Below, in pieces: positions 1 to 9,924 of a DNA stretch of 64,000 nucleotides (its first letter is position 1; every line of letters begins with the position of its first letter). The translations under genes and the position numbers were made by a program. A model generated the notes under the pieces. It did not search any database, had not been told where the DNA came from, and was given only the letters and a program-made list of their open reading frames with translations. Where the stretch lies: contig JBBDWM010000042.1 of the NCBI GenBank assembly GCA_040902845.1, positions 73,825-137,824 on the forward strand, written 5' to 3'. Source of the DNA: Acidimicrobiia bacterium (GTDB taxonomy: Bacteria > Actinomycetota > Acidimicrobiia > Spongiisociales > ZC4RG35).

Positions 1-106
1 TTCGGGGAAAGGCAAGGGCGGACAGAACAGCCCCACCGACAACCAGCAACAGGCCAGTCACCGCCGAGAGGGTAGGGATGCAGGCGCTTCCGTAGAGTGC
101 GCCGGC

Positions 107-916
107 ATGTGGGAAGGTGATCTATGGGTCGCGGTCAGGGCGGCACGCGCCGGAGCCGAAGTGGTTCGGCGCGGATTCGAGGAGCCGTTCGACACCGAGA
201 TGAAGGGCGCCGTGGACCCAGTGACCGATATCGACCGGGAGGCCGAAATCGCGGTCACCGACGTCATCGCCGCCCATTTTCCCAATGATTCCATCCTCGC
301 CGAGGAGGGCGGCGGTTATGCCGATTGGCGTGGTCCGCGGGTGTGGATCATCGATCCCCTCGACGGGACCGTGAACTTCGTGAACCGGATCCCACACGTG
401 GCGGTGTCGGTGGCTCTCTGGGACAACGGCGAGCCTCTCGTGGGGGTGGTGATCGACGTCAGCCGCCAGGAGGAGTTCGTGGCCGCCGTCGGCGAGGGAG
501 CGCGCAGCAACGGTCAGCCGATCCACGTCTCCAACACCGCCTCCTTGGAAGATTCCGTGCTGGTGACAGGCTTCCCTTACGACCGTCAGGAGCACGCCCG
601 CGCCTATCTCGATGTGATGGAGCAGGTGATGACCCGGACCCGGGGGACCCGACGTATGGGCGCCGCAGCCCTCGAACTGGCCTGGGTGGCATGCGGGCGG
701 TTCGACGGCTACTGGGAGCATGGTGGCCCGCATGGTGTGAAACCGTGGGACGCCGCGGCGGGGATGCTTCTCGTGACCGAGGCCGGCGGCACCGCCACCA
801 ACAGCAAGGGGGCCGTCTTCGATCTCGAACCGGCAGCCTTCGTCGTCACCAACGGAAAGATCCACGAGGATCTCCGGGTGATTGTCGACGAGTACATGCC
901 GGCCCACCTCCGATGA
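107..916 (+). CDS. inositol monophosphatase family protein (SuhB/ImpA-like)
   Basis: 269-aa ORF with the IMPase-family motif pattern (WIIDPLDGT, metal-binding Asp/Glu). Stop overlaps the next start (ATGATG). Confidence 0.8.
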   Translation: MWEGDLWVAVRAARAGAEVVRRGFEEPFDTEMKGAVDPVTDIDREAEIAVTDVIAAHFPNDSILAEEGGGYADWRGPRVWIIDPLDGTVNFVNRIPHVAVSVALWDNGEPLVGVVIDVSRQEEFVAAVGEGARSNGQPIHVSNTASLEDSVLVTGFPYDRQEHARAYLDVMEQVMTRTRGTRRMGAAALELAWVACGRFDGYWEHGGPHGVKPWDAAAGMLLVTEAGGTATNSKGAVFDLEPAAFVVTNGKIHEDLRVIVDEYMPAHLR

Positions 917-2154
917 TGTACCACGACCACCATTTCCATCCTCTCGGCTACGCCCAGATGGTCACCGGTCTGGAGTTGATGGACTCGGCGAATCTGGAGG
1001 AGGTCAAGACGCGGGTCGCGGCCCGGGCCGAAGTAACCACAGGCGCGGTCATCGGACAGCGTCTCAACGACGAAGGATTGGCCGAGCTCAGACTTCCGAC
1101 CAGGTTGGACCTCGATGAGGCCATTCCCGACCGGCCAGTCGTCCTCTACCGGTACTGCGGGCACATCGCCGTCGCCAACACCGCGGCCCTATCCCTTGCC
1201 GGTATAGACGCCGATACTCCTGATCCTCCAGGGGGAAGCTTTGATCGTGACAGAACCGGTTTTCCCACCGGCGTCCTCAGGGAGACCGCCCTGTTGGTGA
1301 TAGGGAACGCGATTGCCCCCCTCGCTGAGGCACCCACCGACGTCGACGTGCTCGATGCCCTACGCGGCCTCCTCGACTACGGGCTGGGCTCGGTCACGGG
1401 AATGGTCTCGACCACCGACCCGATCTGGTGTGGGGTCGGTGACGAGTTGGAGACCCTCTGCCGTCTTGCGCCCGATCTCCCCGTCGATATCGATGTCTAC
1501 GTGATCACGGAGACCCCGTCAGATCTGGTCTCGGCGGCCAAACGGATCACAGAGGCCGACGGTCGGCTTCGCTTCTCGGGGTGGAAGGGCTTCGCCGACG
1601 GAAGCTTCGGCGGTCACACCGCTGCCATGTACGAGCCGTTCGCCGACCGCCCTGACACCACGGGGACTCTTCGGCTCTACCCGGGACAGGCGTTCGCGAT
1701 GGCGAACGCCTCATTAGAAGTCGGGGGAGGGGTCGCCGTCCACGCCATCGGGGACCGGGCCAACGACGTCGCCCTCGATCTGTTCGAAAGCCTCATCGAA
1801 GATGGCGCCGACCCCTCGATGCTCCGCGTTGAGCACGCCTCGCTTCTCACCGAACCCGGCATCGAGCGTATGGCGAGGCTCGGGGTCACCGCCTCGGTGC
1901 AGCCCGCCTTCCTCGCCTCAGAGGCTTCATGGCTTCATAAACGGCTCGGTGAGGAGAGGATGCAACGGGTCTACCCATTTCACACCTTGCAGGAGGCCGG
2001 CGTGCCCCTCTTGGGCGGGAGCGACTCCCCAGTCGAGCTACCGGACCCCCAGGTGGGGATCCGGGCGGCGGTCAACCGTCACGGGTTCAACCCCTCCCAG
2101 GCGTTGAGCATGGAGCAGGCCAGCGCCCTTTTCGCACCTCCAGTTGGGTCCTGA
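913..2154 (+). CDS. metal-dependent amidohydrolase (amidohydrolase-3 family)
   Basis: In-frame ATG at 913 overlaps the suhB stop. N-terminal HDHHFH metal-binding motif and C-terminal GSDSPV motif typical of the amidohydrolase superfamily. The longer 325 start is an antisense-frame artefact. Confidence 0.7.
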   Translation: MMYHDHHFHPLGYAQMVTGLELMDSANLEEVKTRVAARAEVTTGAVIGQRLNDEGLAELRLPTRLDLDEAIPDRPVVLYRYCGHIAVANTAALSLAGIDADTPDPPGGSFDRDRTGFPTGVLRETALLVIGNAIAPLAEAPTDVDVLDALRGLLDYGLGSVTGMVSTTDPIWCGVGDELETLCRLAPDLPVDIDVYVITETPSDLVSAAKRITEADGRLRFSGWKGFADGSFGGHTAAMYEPFADRPDTTGTLRLYPGQAFAMANASLEVGGGVAVHAIGDRANDVALDLFESLIEDGADPSMLRVEHASLLTEPGIERMARLGVTASVQPAFLASEASWLHKRLGEERMQRVYPFHTLQEAGVPLLGGSDSPVELPDPQVGIRAAVNRHGFNPSQALSMEQASALFAPPVGS

Positions 2155-2197
2155 TGACCTGGAGTGAAAGTCGGCATTTGCACTACCGTCCATTGCC

Positions 2198-4171
2198 ATG
2201 AGTGATCTGGATCTTGGCTTCTCGACGGTCGACGCGGCCGCGGTTGAAACCGGGGTGAGCCGTGCTCTCGATGAGGCAAGACGTGTGATCGACGAAGCTG
2301 CCGCCACCAAAGAAGAGCGGACCTTCGAGAACACCCTGATGCCCCTGGACCGCATGGCCGACGTCATGGGCAAGGCATTCACCCGGTATGTCTTCATGGG
2401 CTACGTCCACCCCGACAAGGAGGTGCGAACTGCAGCCAAGGCCGCCGAGGAGAAGCTCGACAGTTTTGCCGTCGACGTCATTTTCAGGGACGACCTCAAT
2501 GCCGGAGTAAAGGAGTACGCCGCCACCGATGAGGCCCAGAGTCTCGAAGGTGAGAGGGCACGGCAGCTCGAGTTCGTACTACGTGACCTGCGTCGGGCGG
2601 GCCACGACCTTCGACCCGAAGTCCGGGCCTCGGTGAAGGAGAAAACTCGGCGTCTCGTCGAGCTGGGGGTTCGTTTCCAAAGCAACATCGACGAGTGGGA
2701 TGACTGGCTGCTCGTCGATCGGGCAGATCTCGAGGGCCTTCCTGACAGCTTCGCCGACTCGCTGGAGGTTGACGAGGAGACCGGTCAGCTCAAGGTGACC
2801 CTTGCCTATCCCCACCTGATCCCCTTCGTCGAGAACGCAAGGCGCCGCGACCTCCGCGAGCAGCTGCTCTTCAAGTTCAACACCCAGGCGGTTGACGCCA
2901 ACCGGCCGATACTCGAAGAAGCCCTCAGACTTCGCGACGAGATCGCAAGGGACTTCGACGTGAAGAGCTGGGCACATCATCGGCTCGAGGACCGGATGGC
3001 GAAGAACCCGGAACGGGTTGCAGTCTTCTTCGACGACCTGATCCCACCCCTCATCGATCAGGGCCGCAAGGACATCGCAGTCATGAGCGGGCTCCTCGAA
3101 GCCGACAGCGGTGACACCACGGTGCAGACCTGGGACTGGCGCTACTACGACACCCAACAACGTCGCACCGACTACGGCGTGGATCCCTTCGAGGTCGCGG
3201 CCTATCTGCCTCTGGATGCGGTTCTCGACGGGATGTTCGACATGGTGCAGGAGGTGTTCGGCCTGGATTTCCGCGAGGTGGCCGCCCCCGATGTCTGGCA
3301 CCCCGATGTTCGGCTCTACACCATCCATGACAGCGAATCTGGGGAGGAGTTGGCCCACTTCTACCTCGATCTGTTCCCCCGGGAAGGCAAGTACTCCCAC
3401 GCCGCCGAGTTCCCAATGGTGACCAGCCGCCGTTTGGAGGACGGCTCCTATCAGAACCCGGTGTGCGCCATGGTCGCCAACTTCACCAAGCCGGCCGGCG
3501 AAACGCCATCACTCCTCCAGCATGGCGAGGTGGAGACGCTGTTCCACGAGTTCGGGCATGTCCTCCATCAAAACCTGGGGCGGACCGAGCTCGCCCGTTT
3601 CTCGGGCACCAACGTCGAGACCGATTTCGTCGAGGCGCCGAGCCAGATCATGCAGAACTGGGTCTGGAGAGCCGACGTCCTCAAGAAGTTCGCCCGACAC
3701 CATGAGACCGGCGAACCGATCCCGGATGCCCTGGTGGACCAACTGGTGGCGGCTCGTCGTCTCAACATTGCCGTTCATCAGCTGCGCCAGCTCAAGTACG
3801 GATGGCTGGATCAGACCATTCACGCCCCGGGCGTCGAGAAGGACCTGGACCAGATCTCACGGGAAGCGTCCGATCTGAGTTTGATCCCGCTCCACGAGGG
3901 GACTTTCGACCTCGCCTCGTTCGGCCATCTCATGGGAGGCTACGACGCCGCCTATTACAGCTACATGTGGGCCGAGGTCTTCGGCGATGACATGTTCGGG
4001 CGTTTCGAGGAGGAAGGGGTCACCAATCCCGCCGTGGGAATGGCGTACCGACGCGAAGTGTTGGAGAAGGGCGGCTCGGTCGACGCCGACCAGATGCTGG
4101 TCGGGTTTCTCGGTAGGGAACCTGACAACGGCGCTTTCTTGCGTAAACTGGGGATCACGGGAACCGACTGA
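2198..4171 (+). CDS. M3 family metallopeptidase (peptidyl-dipeptidase Dcp / oligopeptidase A-like)
   Basis: 657 aa with the HEFGH zinc motif and a thimet oligopeptidase-like C-terminal region. Confidence 0.85.
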   Translation: MSDLDLGFSTVDAAAVETGVSRALDEARRVIDEAAATKEERTFENTLMPLDRMADVMGKAFTRYVFMGYVHPDKEVRTAAKAAEEKLDSFAVDVIFRDDLNAGVKEYAATDEAQSLEGERARQLEFVLRDLRRAGHDLRPEVRASVKEKTRRLVELGVRFQSNIDEWDDWLLVDRADLEGLPDSFADSLEVDEETGQLKVTLAYPHLIPFVENARRRDLREQLLFKFNTQAVDANRPILEEALRLRDEIARDFDVKSWAHHRLEDRMAKNPERVAVFFDDLIPPLIDQGRKDIAVMSGLLEADSGDTTVQTWDWRYYDTQQRRTDYGVDPFEVAAYLPLDAVLDGMFDMVQEVFGLDFREVAAPDVWHPDVRLYTIHDSESGEELAHFYLDLFPREGKYSHAAEFPMVTSRRLEDGSYQNPVCAMVANFTKPAGETPSLLQHGEVETLFHEFGHVLHQNLGRTELARFSGTNVETDFVEAPSQIMQNWVWRADVLKKFARHHETGEPIPDALVDQLVAARRLNIAVHQLRQLKYGWLDQTIHAPGVEKDLDQISREASDLSLIPLHEGTFDLASFGHLMGGYDAAYYSYMWAEVFGDDMFGRFEEEGVTNPAVGMAYRREVLEKGGSVDADQMLVGFLGREPDNGAFLRKLGITGTD

Positions 4172-4351
4172 TCGGTCCGCAACGTCTTATCACAGACAAA
4201 ACGGGGGAATTGTTTACCTTCGTTTTAGGGGTGGCGTCGCAAAGTTGGAGGCAACAAGGGGTGATCGTCAGCGACCCGCTTCCCGAAATCACGAAAGACA
4301 CTTCAAGGTATCAATTTGGAGAACCGGCCCACAACCAGGAGGGCCATCAAC

Positions 4352-4549
4352 ATGACAGACATCGTAAAAGGGGCAGCCATCAAGGGAATGACCAGACCGT
4401 CACGGCGTTTTAGCCAGGACCGGATCTGTTCGAAACCCGGCTGCACCACCAAACTCTCGCAATACAACAAGGCCGAGTACTGCCACGCCCATGCGCCGGT
4501 CCGCTTCCCGCGGGTCCGGGGCAAGATCATGGACGAACAGGACGCCTGA
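4352..4549 (+). CDS. small Cys/His-rich putative zinc-ribbon protein (hypothetical)
   Basis: AGGAGGG SD lies 8 nt upstream of the ATG at 4352. Cx4C...CHxH motif (CSKPGC...CHAH). Followed by its own terminator. Confidence 0.4.
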   Translation: MTDIVKGAAIKGMTRPSRRFSQDRICSKPGCTTKLSQYNKAEYCHAHAPVRFPRVRGKIMDEQDA

Positions 4550-4602
4550 TTTCTCTGGCCGGGACAGGTCCTCTCCCCCTCCCAGTCCCATGCCAGACAA
4601 CC

Positions 4603-4640
4603 AGAGAGCCCCGGTTTCGATCGGGGCTCTCTCTTTTGTC
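4603..4640 (+). terminator. rho-independent terminator (AGAGAGCCCCG-loop-CGGGGCTCTCT + TTTTG)
   Basis: Perfect 11-bp stem with a T-tract immediately downstream of the small gene. Confidence 0.6.
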
Positions 4641-4691
4641 CCGGTCTTCGCCCGGAATAATTCACCGGCCCCGGCCGTACACTCATGTGAG

Positions 4692-4901
4692 ATGAAACAG
4701 GTACTTCTTCAAGCACCCGAGATCCATTGTGATCACTGCAAAATGAGCATCGAGGGTGCGGTCGGCGCTCTGAATGGGGTCTCGTCCGTCGAAGTGGCTA
4801 TCGCCGATGCGACCGTAGATGTCACCTACGACGACAACACCACCGACCTCGAAGTCATCAAGCACGCCATCGAGGAGCAGGGCTACGCCGTCTTCGGCTG
4901 A
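4692..4901 (+). CDS. copZ: copper chaperone CopZ (heavy-metal-associated domain)
   Basis: 69-aa HMA fold with a CxxC metal site (HCDHC) and a ferredoxin-like pattern. Adjacent to copA. Confidence 0.75.
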   Translation: MKQVLLQAPEIHCDHCKMSIEGAVGALNGVSSVEVAIADATVDVTYDDNTTDLEVIKHAIEEQGYAVFG

Positions 4902-7074
4902 TATCCATAGCGAGCACACCGAGACCGTCCTCTTCGACGTTGACGGCATGACCTGTGCCTCCTGTGCGATGCGCATCGAACGCGTCCTTGGCCGCCAGGA
5001 AGGCGTCGAGAACGCCTCGGTGAGCCTGGCAGGCGCTTCGGCTCTGGTCCGGGTCACGGAGGACGCCGACCTCGACTCGCTGTCCGCCGCCGTGGACAGG
5101 ATCGGATACACCATCTCGCCACATGAGTCCGGCGAGCACGGTCGGGACCTCATGGAGCACTACCACGACAACGAGGACGTGCAATGGCGCCGCTTCTGGA
5201 TCGCCGCCGCATTGACCACTCCCGCGGTGTTGCTCGCCATGTTGGGGCCGGAGACTTTCTGGAACCTCGCGCTTCAGGGAATCCTGGTGACACCCGTCGT
5301 CACCTGGGGTGGGTGGCAGTTCCACCGGGTGGCCCTCAAACAGGCGCGCAACCTCAGCGCCAACATGGACACCCTGATCTCGCTGGGCTCGGTCACCGCC
5401 TACGTCTACTCGATCTGGGCCCTTTTCACCGGCCAGCCGGTTTTCTTCGAGATCTCCGGAGTGATCGTCACCCTGATCACGCTGGGTCGGGCTTTTGAGG
5501 CGCGGGCCAAGGGACGTGCCTCGACCGCGGTGCACCGTCTCGTCGAGCTCGGCGCCAGAGAGGCCCGGGTGCTGGATGAGGGAGGCGAAGCTTCGGTCCC
5601 CATCGAACAGGTGCTTCCCGGAGACGTCATGGTGGTGTTGCCGGGGGAGAAGATCCCCACCGACGGGGTCATCGAAACCGGAACCTCGTCGATCGACGAA
5701 TCGATGCTCACCGGCGAGTCGCTCCCTGTCGACAAGACGGTCGGTGACATGGTGTTCGGGGCAACCATCAACCAAGTGGGCATGATCCACGTCCGCGCTA
5801 CCGCGGTCGGGGCCGACACCGCCCTGGCCGGCATCGTGCGAATGGTGGAACAGGCGCAGAACTCCAAGGCCCCTATCCAGCGACTGGCCGACCGGGTCTC
5901 GTCGATCTTCGTCCCGATCGTGATCCTGTTGTCGATCGCCACCACCGTGGTCTGGCTGGCGCTCGGAAACGAAGTCCCCGAATCAGTGCGGGCCGGGGTG
6001 GCGGTGCTGATCATCGCCTGTCCCTGTGCCCTGGGGCTGGCGACTCCGACCGCGATCATGGTCGGCAGCGGCCGCGGCGCCGAGCTCGGGATCCTCTTCA
6101 AGCAGGCCGAGGTATTCGAGAGTGCCCGGCACGTCGACACCGTCCTCTTCGACAAGACCGGCACCCTCACCACCGGGGTGATGGACCTCACCGATGTCGT
6201 CAGTGATGTCGCCGAGGACGAGTTCCTCCTCCTGGTGGCGTCGGTCGAGGCGGCGTCGGGTCACCCAATCGGCAAGGCAGTCGCTCTTGGCGCAGACGAG
6301 CGCGGCATTCAGCTTCAGCAGCCCGATCGAGTGGACAGTCTCGCCGGCCTGGGGGTGGTCGGTTCGATCGGGGGCCACGAGGTGGTTGTCGGTAAGGAAA
6401 AGCTGGTGGTCGACAGGGGTCTCCTGGTGGCCAACCGTTGGCTTGACTCGTTGGCACAGTATGAAGGAGAGGGGAAGACAGCCTTTCTCGCCGGTTGGGA
6501 CGGTGAGGTGAGGGGGGTCATCGCGGTCGCCGACACGGTCAGGGAGGAGTCACGGGTGGCGGTGGGCCGCCTCAAGGCATCAGGGATCTCCACCCGCATG
6601 GTCACGGGAGACAACCAGCGGACCGCGGCGCGGATCGCCGAGCAGATCGGTATCAACGAGGTCGACGCCGAAGTCTTGCCCGGTGACAAGGCGGATCTTG
6701 TGCGACGGGTCCAGGGCGAAGGCCGGAAGGTTGCCTTCGTCGGCGACGGGATCAACGATGCTCCGGCCCTGACCCAAGCCGACCTCGGCATGGCGGTGGG
6801 GTCGGGAACCGAGGTGGCGTTGGAAGCCGGCGACGTGGTCCTCCTCAACGGTGACCCCCGGCTGGTGCCGACAGCCATCGACCTGGCCGATGCCACATTC
6901 CGCACCATTCGCCAGAACCTGTTCTGGGCCTTCGGCTACAACGTGGCCGCCATCCCCCTGGCAGCAGTTGGGCTCCTCGACCCGATGATCGCCGCCGCAG
7001 CGATGGCGTTCTCCTCGCTCTCCGTCGTGCTCAACGCACTTCGATTGAAGAGGTTCACGCCCCATTGGTCGTGA
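4819..7074 (+). CDS. copA: copper-translocating P1B-type ATPase
   Basis: N-terminal HMA (GMTCASC), CPC transmembrane motif, DKTGT phosphorylation site, GDGINDAP. Start uncertain: it overlaps copZ by about 80 nt in another frame. Confidence 0.9.
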   Translation: MSPTTTTPPTSKSSSTPSRSRATPSSADIHSEHTETVLFDVDGMTCASCAMRIERVLGRQEGVENASVSLAGASALVRVTEDADLDSLSAAVDRIGYTISPHESGEHGRDLMEHYHDNEDVQWRRFWIAAALTTPAVLLAMLGPETFWNLALQGILVTPVVTWGGWQFHRVALKQARNLSANMDTLISLGSVTAYVYSIWALFTGQPVFFEISGVIVTLITLGRAFEARAKGRASTAVHRLVELGAREARVLDEGGEASVPIEQVLPGDVMVVLPGEKIPTDGVIETGTSSIDESMLTGESLPVDKTVGDMVFGATINQVGMIHVRATAVGADTALAGIVRMVEQAQNSKAPIQRLADRVSSIFVPIVILLSIATTVVWLALGNEVPESVRAGVAVLIIACPCALGLATPTAIMVGSGRGAELGILFKQAEVFESARHVDTVLFDKTGTLTTGVMDLTDVVSDVAEDEFLLLVASVEAASGHPIGKAVALGADERGIQLQQPDRVDSLAGLGVVGSIGGHEVVVGKEKLVVDRGLLVANRWLDSLAQYEGEGKTAFLAGWDGEVRGVIAVADTVREESRVAVGRLKASGISTRMVTGDNQRTAARIAEQIGINEVDAEVLPGDKADLVRRVQGEGRKVAFVGDGINDAPALTQADLGMAVGSGTEVALEAGDVVLLNGDPRLVPTAIDLADATFRTIRQNLFWAFGYNVAAIPLAAVGLLDPMIAAAAMAFSSLSVVLNALRLKRFTPHWS

Positions 7075-7107
7075 CCGTATCCGTGGTCGTTGTGTAGGTT
7101 GACGGGC

Positions 7108-7929
7108 ATGGCCTCGTTGCAATGGCTTGACAGACCGATCCTCCAGAACCCGGTCGCGCTGATTGCCTTTGAGGGCTGGGGTGACGCCGGTGAATCGGCG
7201 AGCCAGGCGGCAACCGAGTTCCTCAAGAAGCTCGACGCCGAGATCTTCGCCATCATCGACCCCGACGACCATTTCGACTTCCAGGTGCGGCGCCCGATCG
7301 TCGAACTCGACTCCACGGGGATCCGCTCCATCACCTGGCCTCGCAACGAGATCTATGCGGTGCGTGGGTCGGAACAGGACCTGGTGATCGTGCTCGGCGA
7401 GGAGCCGCACTATCGCTGGAAGACCTTCACCAACGATCTCGTGGAGACCTTGCGTGCGGTGGGAGTCAAGAGGGCGGTGACGATGGGGGCCTTCATCGGC
7501 CAGGTGGCGCACACCCTCCCGGTGCCGCTGGTGGGGTCCGCCAACCGCCCCGACGATCTCACATTCCATGGTCTGCTTCCGTCGGGTTATGAGGGCCCGA
7601 CCGGCATCGTCGGCGTCCTCAATCACGCCCTGGGAAATGCCGGAATCGATGTGATCTCGGTGTGGGCCGCGGTTCCCCACTACCTGTCGAATCAGGAGTA
7701 CCCGCCTGCCGCCGAGGCCCTGGCGATCAAGGCGTCCGAGTTGGTGGGAGTGACTCTCGACATCGAGGAGCTCGCCACGGCCTCGCGCGCCTTCCTGTCA
7801 ACCGTTGACGCCGCCATCGAGGGCAACGCCGAGTTGGAGCAGTACGTCGAGCGTTTAGAGCAGGAAGCCGACGACGATGAGGCAGTACATCTCGTCGACG
7901 AGATCGAGCGGTTCCTGAAGGGCAAGTAA
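7108..7929 (+). CDS. PAC2 family protein
   Basis: About 270-aa protein matching the actinobacterial PAC2 family pattern from memory. ATG at 7108 is more plausible than 7090. Confidence 0.65.
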   Translation: MASLQWLDRPILQNPVALIAFEGWGDAGESASQAATEFLKKLDAEIFAIIDPDDHFDFQVRRPIVELDSTGIRSITWPRNEIYAVRGSEQDLVIVLGEEPHYRWKTFTNDLVETLRAVGVKRAVTMGAFIGQVAHTLPVPLVGSANRPDDLTFHGLLPSGYEGPTGIVGVLNHALGNAGIDVISVWAAVPHYLSNQEYPPAAEALAIKASELVGVTLDIEELATASRAFLSTVDAAIEGNAELEQYVERLEQEADDDEAVHLVDEIERFLKGK

Positions 7930-7930
7930 A

Positions 7931-8010
7931 CCGCTTACCTGAGGTACGTAGCGCCACATGTGGCGCTACGTACACAAAGAAAGGACCGGGCGTTGCCGGT
8001 CCTTTCACAA
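7931..8010. terminator. two adjacent perfect hairpins acting as a bidirectional terminator
   Basis: GGTACGTAGCGCCAC-ATG-TGGCGCTACGTAC and AAGGACCGG-GCGTT-GCCGGTCCTT lie between the convergent PAC2 and bS22 genes. Confidence 0.5.
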
Positions 8011-8012
8011 AG

Positions 8013-8102
8013 TCACTTCCGCTTGTGGCGATTTGCCTTCAGACGCTTGCGGTACTTGTGCTTCGACATCTTCTTACGACGCTTTTTGACCAACGATCCC
8101 AT
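8013..8102 (-). CDS. small basic ribosomal protein bS22-like (29 aa, MGSLVKKRRKKMSKHKYRKRLKANRHKRK)
   Basis: Tiny Lys/Arg-rich ORF with an ATG start and a terminator hairpin after its stop. Resembles the mycobacterial bS22/AURKAIP1-like micro-protein. Below the ORF-track cutoff. Confidence 0.65.
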   Translation of the reverse strand: MGSLVKKRRKKMSKHKYRKRLKANRHKRK

Positions 8103-8186
8103 GCAAAAACCTCACGAGGAAGGGGGACGACGCCCCAATGGTCGCGTGAACCGTCAACTAGGTCAAACCGGAAGCGGTCATGACGC

Positions 8187-9752
8187 TCAGCCCCCAGACC
8201 GCAGCAGGCCCACCGTGATCCCCTCGCTGAGGGCTTGCCATGAGGCCTGGATGATGTTCTGATGAACCCCGACTGTTCCCCAGGTCGAATCGCCGTCGGT
8301 GGTCTCGATCAGGACCCGGACCCGGGCCGCGGTCCCATCGGATGAATCCAGGTCACGCACCTTGAAATCGGTGAGCCGGAGACGTTTCACGTCGGGATAG
8401 GAGGCCTCCAACGCCTTACGCAGCGCCTCGTCCATGGCGTTGACCGGGCCGTCGCCTTCGGTGGTCACCTCGATCTCGTCCTCATCCACAGCCACCACCA
8501 GATGAGCACGAGCCGTCACCTTTCCAGCTTGGTTGGTCTGGATGTTCACCGACAACGACCTCACCTCGAACAACTCCTCGAAGTCGGCGGTGGCCCGTCG
8601 CATCAGCATCTCGAAAGATCCGTCGGCCGCCTCGAACTGATATCCGGCGTGTTCCAGTTCCTTGACCTGGTCGACCAGGGCCTGAGCCTCGTCCGCGTTG
8701 AGATCCCACCCCTTTTCCTCGGCCACCGCCAGCACGGTCGACCTTCCCATCAGCTCACTGAACAACATCCGTGCCGAGTTCCCCACGGCGCCTGGGTCGA
8801 TGTGCTCGTAGGCACCTTCGAGCCGGGCCATGCCCGAGGTGTGCAGCCCGGCCTTGTGGGCAAAGGCCGAAGCACCCACGTAGGGACGGCGGGAATCAAT
8901 AGGGGCGCCCAGGATCTCAGCGATCTGCTGGGCGATCGGGTAGAGCCGAGCCATCGACTCCAAGGGAATGGTCTCCACACCGGACTTGAGGCTGAGGTTG
9001 GGGATGACCGAGCACAGGTCGGCGTTGCCGGTCCTCTCCCCGTACCCGTTGACACAACCCTGCACCTGATGGACCCCGTGAGCCAGGGCCGTCATCGAAT
9101 TGGCCACCGCACAGTCCGAGTCATTGTGGAAATGGACCCCGAGGGTGGTGTCGATCCGTGACGACACCGCGTCTATGGCGGGGATGATGTGGGATGGCAG
9201 GGCCCCCCCGTTGGTGTCACAGAGCACCACCCGCTCGGCGCCGGCAGACGCGGCAGTCTCCAACACCGACAGGGCGTACTCGGGGTTGGAGCGGAAGCCG
9301 TCAAAGAAATGCTCGGCGTCGAAGAAGACCTGCTTCCCCCGTTCACGGAGGAACGCGATGGACTCGCCGACCATGGCCAGCCCTTCCTCGAGCGAGGCGT
9401 TGAGGGCCCCAATCACATGACGGTCCCATGCCTTGCCCACGATGCAGACGTAATCGGTGTCAGCGGCGAGCAGTGCCTGGAGCTGGGCGTCTTTGGCCAC
9501 CGGTCCCCTCGGCCGTCGGGTTGAACCGAACGCCACCAGGATCGACCGTTCCAGGGACAGCTCAGTTTTCGCTCGCTGGAAGAATTCGTCGTCCTTGGGG
9601 TTGGCCCCGGGCCAGCCCCCTTCGATGAAATGCACCCCCAACTCATCGAGGAGACGGACCACCCGGAGCTTCTCACCCACGGTCGGGGAAAGCCCCTCGG
9701 CCTGGGTGCCGTCCCTGAGCGTCGTGTCGTAGATCTCGGCTGTCGGATTCAT
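8187..9752 (-). CDS. cimA: (R)-citramalate synthase / 2-isopropylmalate synthase family (CimA-like)
   Basis: 521 aa. N-terminal DRE-TIM barrel (LRDGTQ, HFHNDSDCAVANS) plus a LeuA-dimer regulatory domain. Short form typical of CimA. Confidence 0.75.
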   Translation of the reverse strand: MNPTAEIYDTTLRDGTQAEGLSPTVGEKLRVVRLLDELGVHFIEGGWPGANPKDDEFFQRAKTELSLERSILVAFGSTRRPRGPVAKDAQLQALLAADTDYVCIVGKAWDRHVIGALNASLEEGLAMVGESIAFLRERGKQVFFDAEHFFDGFRSNPEYALSVLETAASAGAERVVLCDTNGGALPSHIIPAIDAVSSRIDTTLGVHFHNDSDCAVANSMTALAHGVHQVQGCVNGYGERTGNADLCSVIPNLSLKSGVETIPLESMARLYPIAQQIAEILGAPIDSRRPYVGASAFAHKAGLHTSGMARLEGAYEHIDPGAVGNSARMLFSELMGRSTVLAVAEEKGWDLNADEAQALVDQVKELEHAGYQFEAADGSFEMLMRRATADFEELFEVRSLSVNIQTNQAGKVTARAHLVVAVDEDEIEVTTEGDGPVNAMDEALRKALEASYPDVKRLRLTDFKVRDLDSSDGTAARVRVLIETTDGDSTWGTVGVHQNIIQASWQALSEGITVGLLRSGG

Positions 9753-9765
9753 GGTTCACACCTTG

Positions 9766-9894
9766 CCAAAGAAAAGACCCCCGCGGTTTGCGGAGGTCTG
9801 AAAAGGGGCGGCGCCTCTCGTGAGGCGCGAACCCCTAGGGAATGATGATGTGCGCTGTTGCCTGGATTCTTTCTCGCATCGAGGGGCCAGTATG
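9766..9894 (-). promoter_or_regulatory. Ile leader-peptide attenuator: promoter, 14-codon leader ORF (9835-9879, MRERIQATAHIIIP), terminator hairpin 9777-9799 plus T-tract
   Basis: On the minus strand: CTTGAC, 18-nt spacer, CATACT, then a near-leaderless ATG. The leader ends His-Ile-Ile-Ile-Pro. GACCTCCGCAAACCGCGGGGGTC + TTTTCTTTGG precedes the cimA start. Confidence 0.55.
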
Positions 9895-9924
9895 CGTGGG
9901 AGTTGTCAGATCGTCAAGACGCGG

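Noticed and set aside
325-916. 5-prime part of the 609-aa ORF and many other long ORFs antisense or out of frame to confidently called genes (for example 122-907 minus, 5406-6191 minus, 6580-7680 minus, 9842-10783 plus, 12587-13819 minus, 13374-14237 minus, 31916-32731 plus, 33322-34704 plus, 39318-40205 minus, 53168-54241 minus, 54573-55886 minus, 61474-62718 plus)
   Set aside because: High-GC genomes produce long stop-free alternative frames. These have Arg/Pro/Gly-rich junk composition and overlap well-supported genes.
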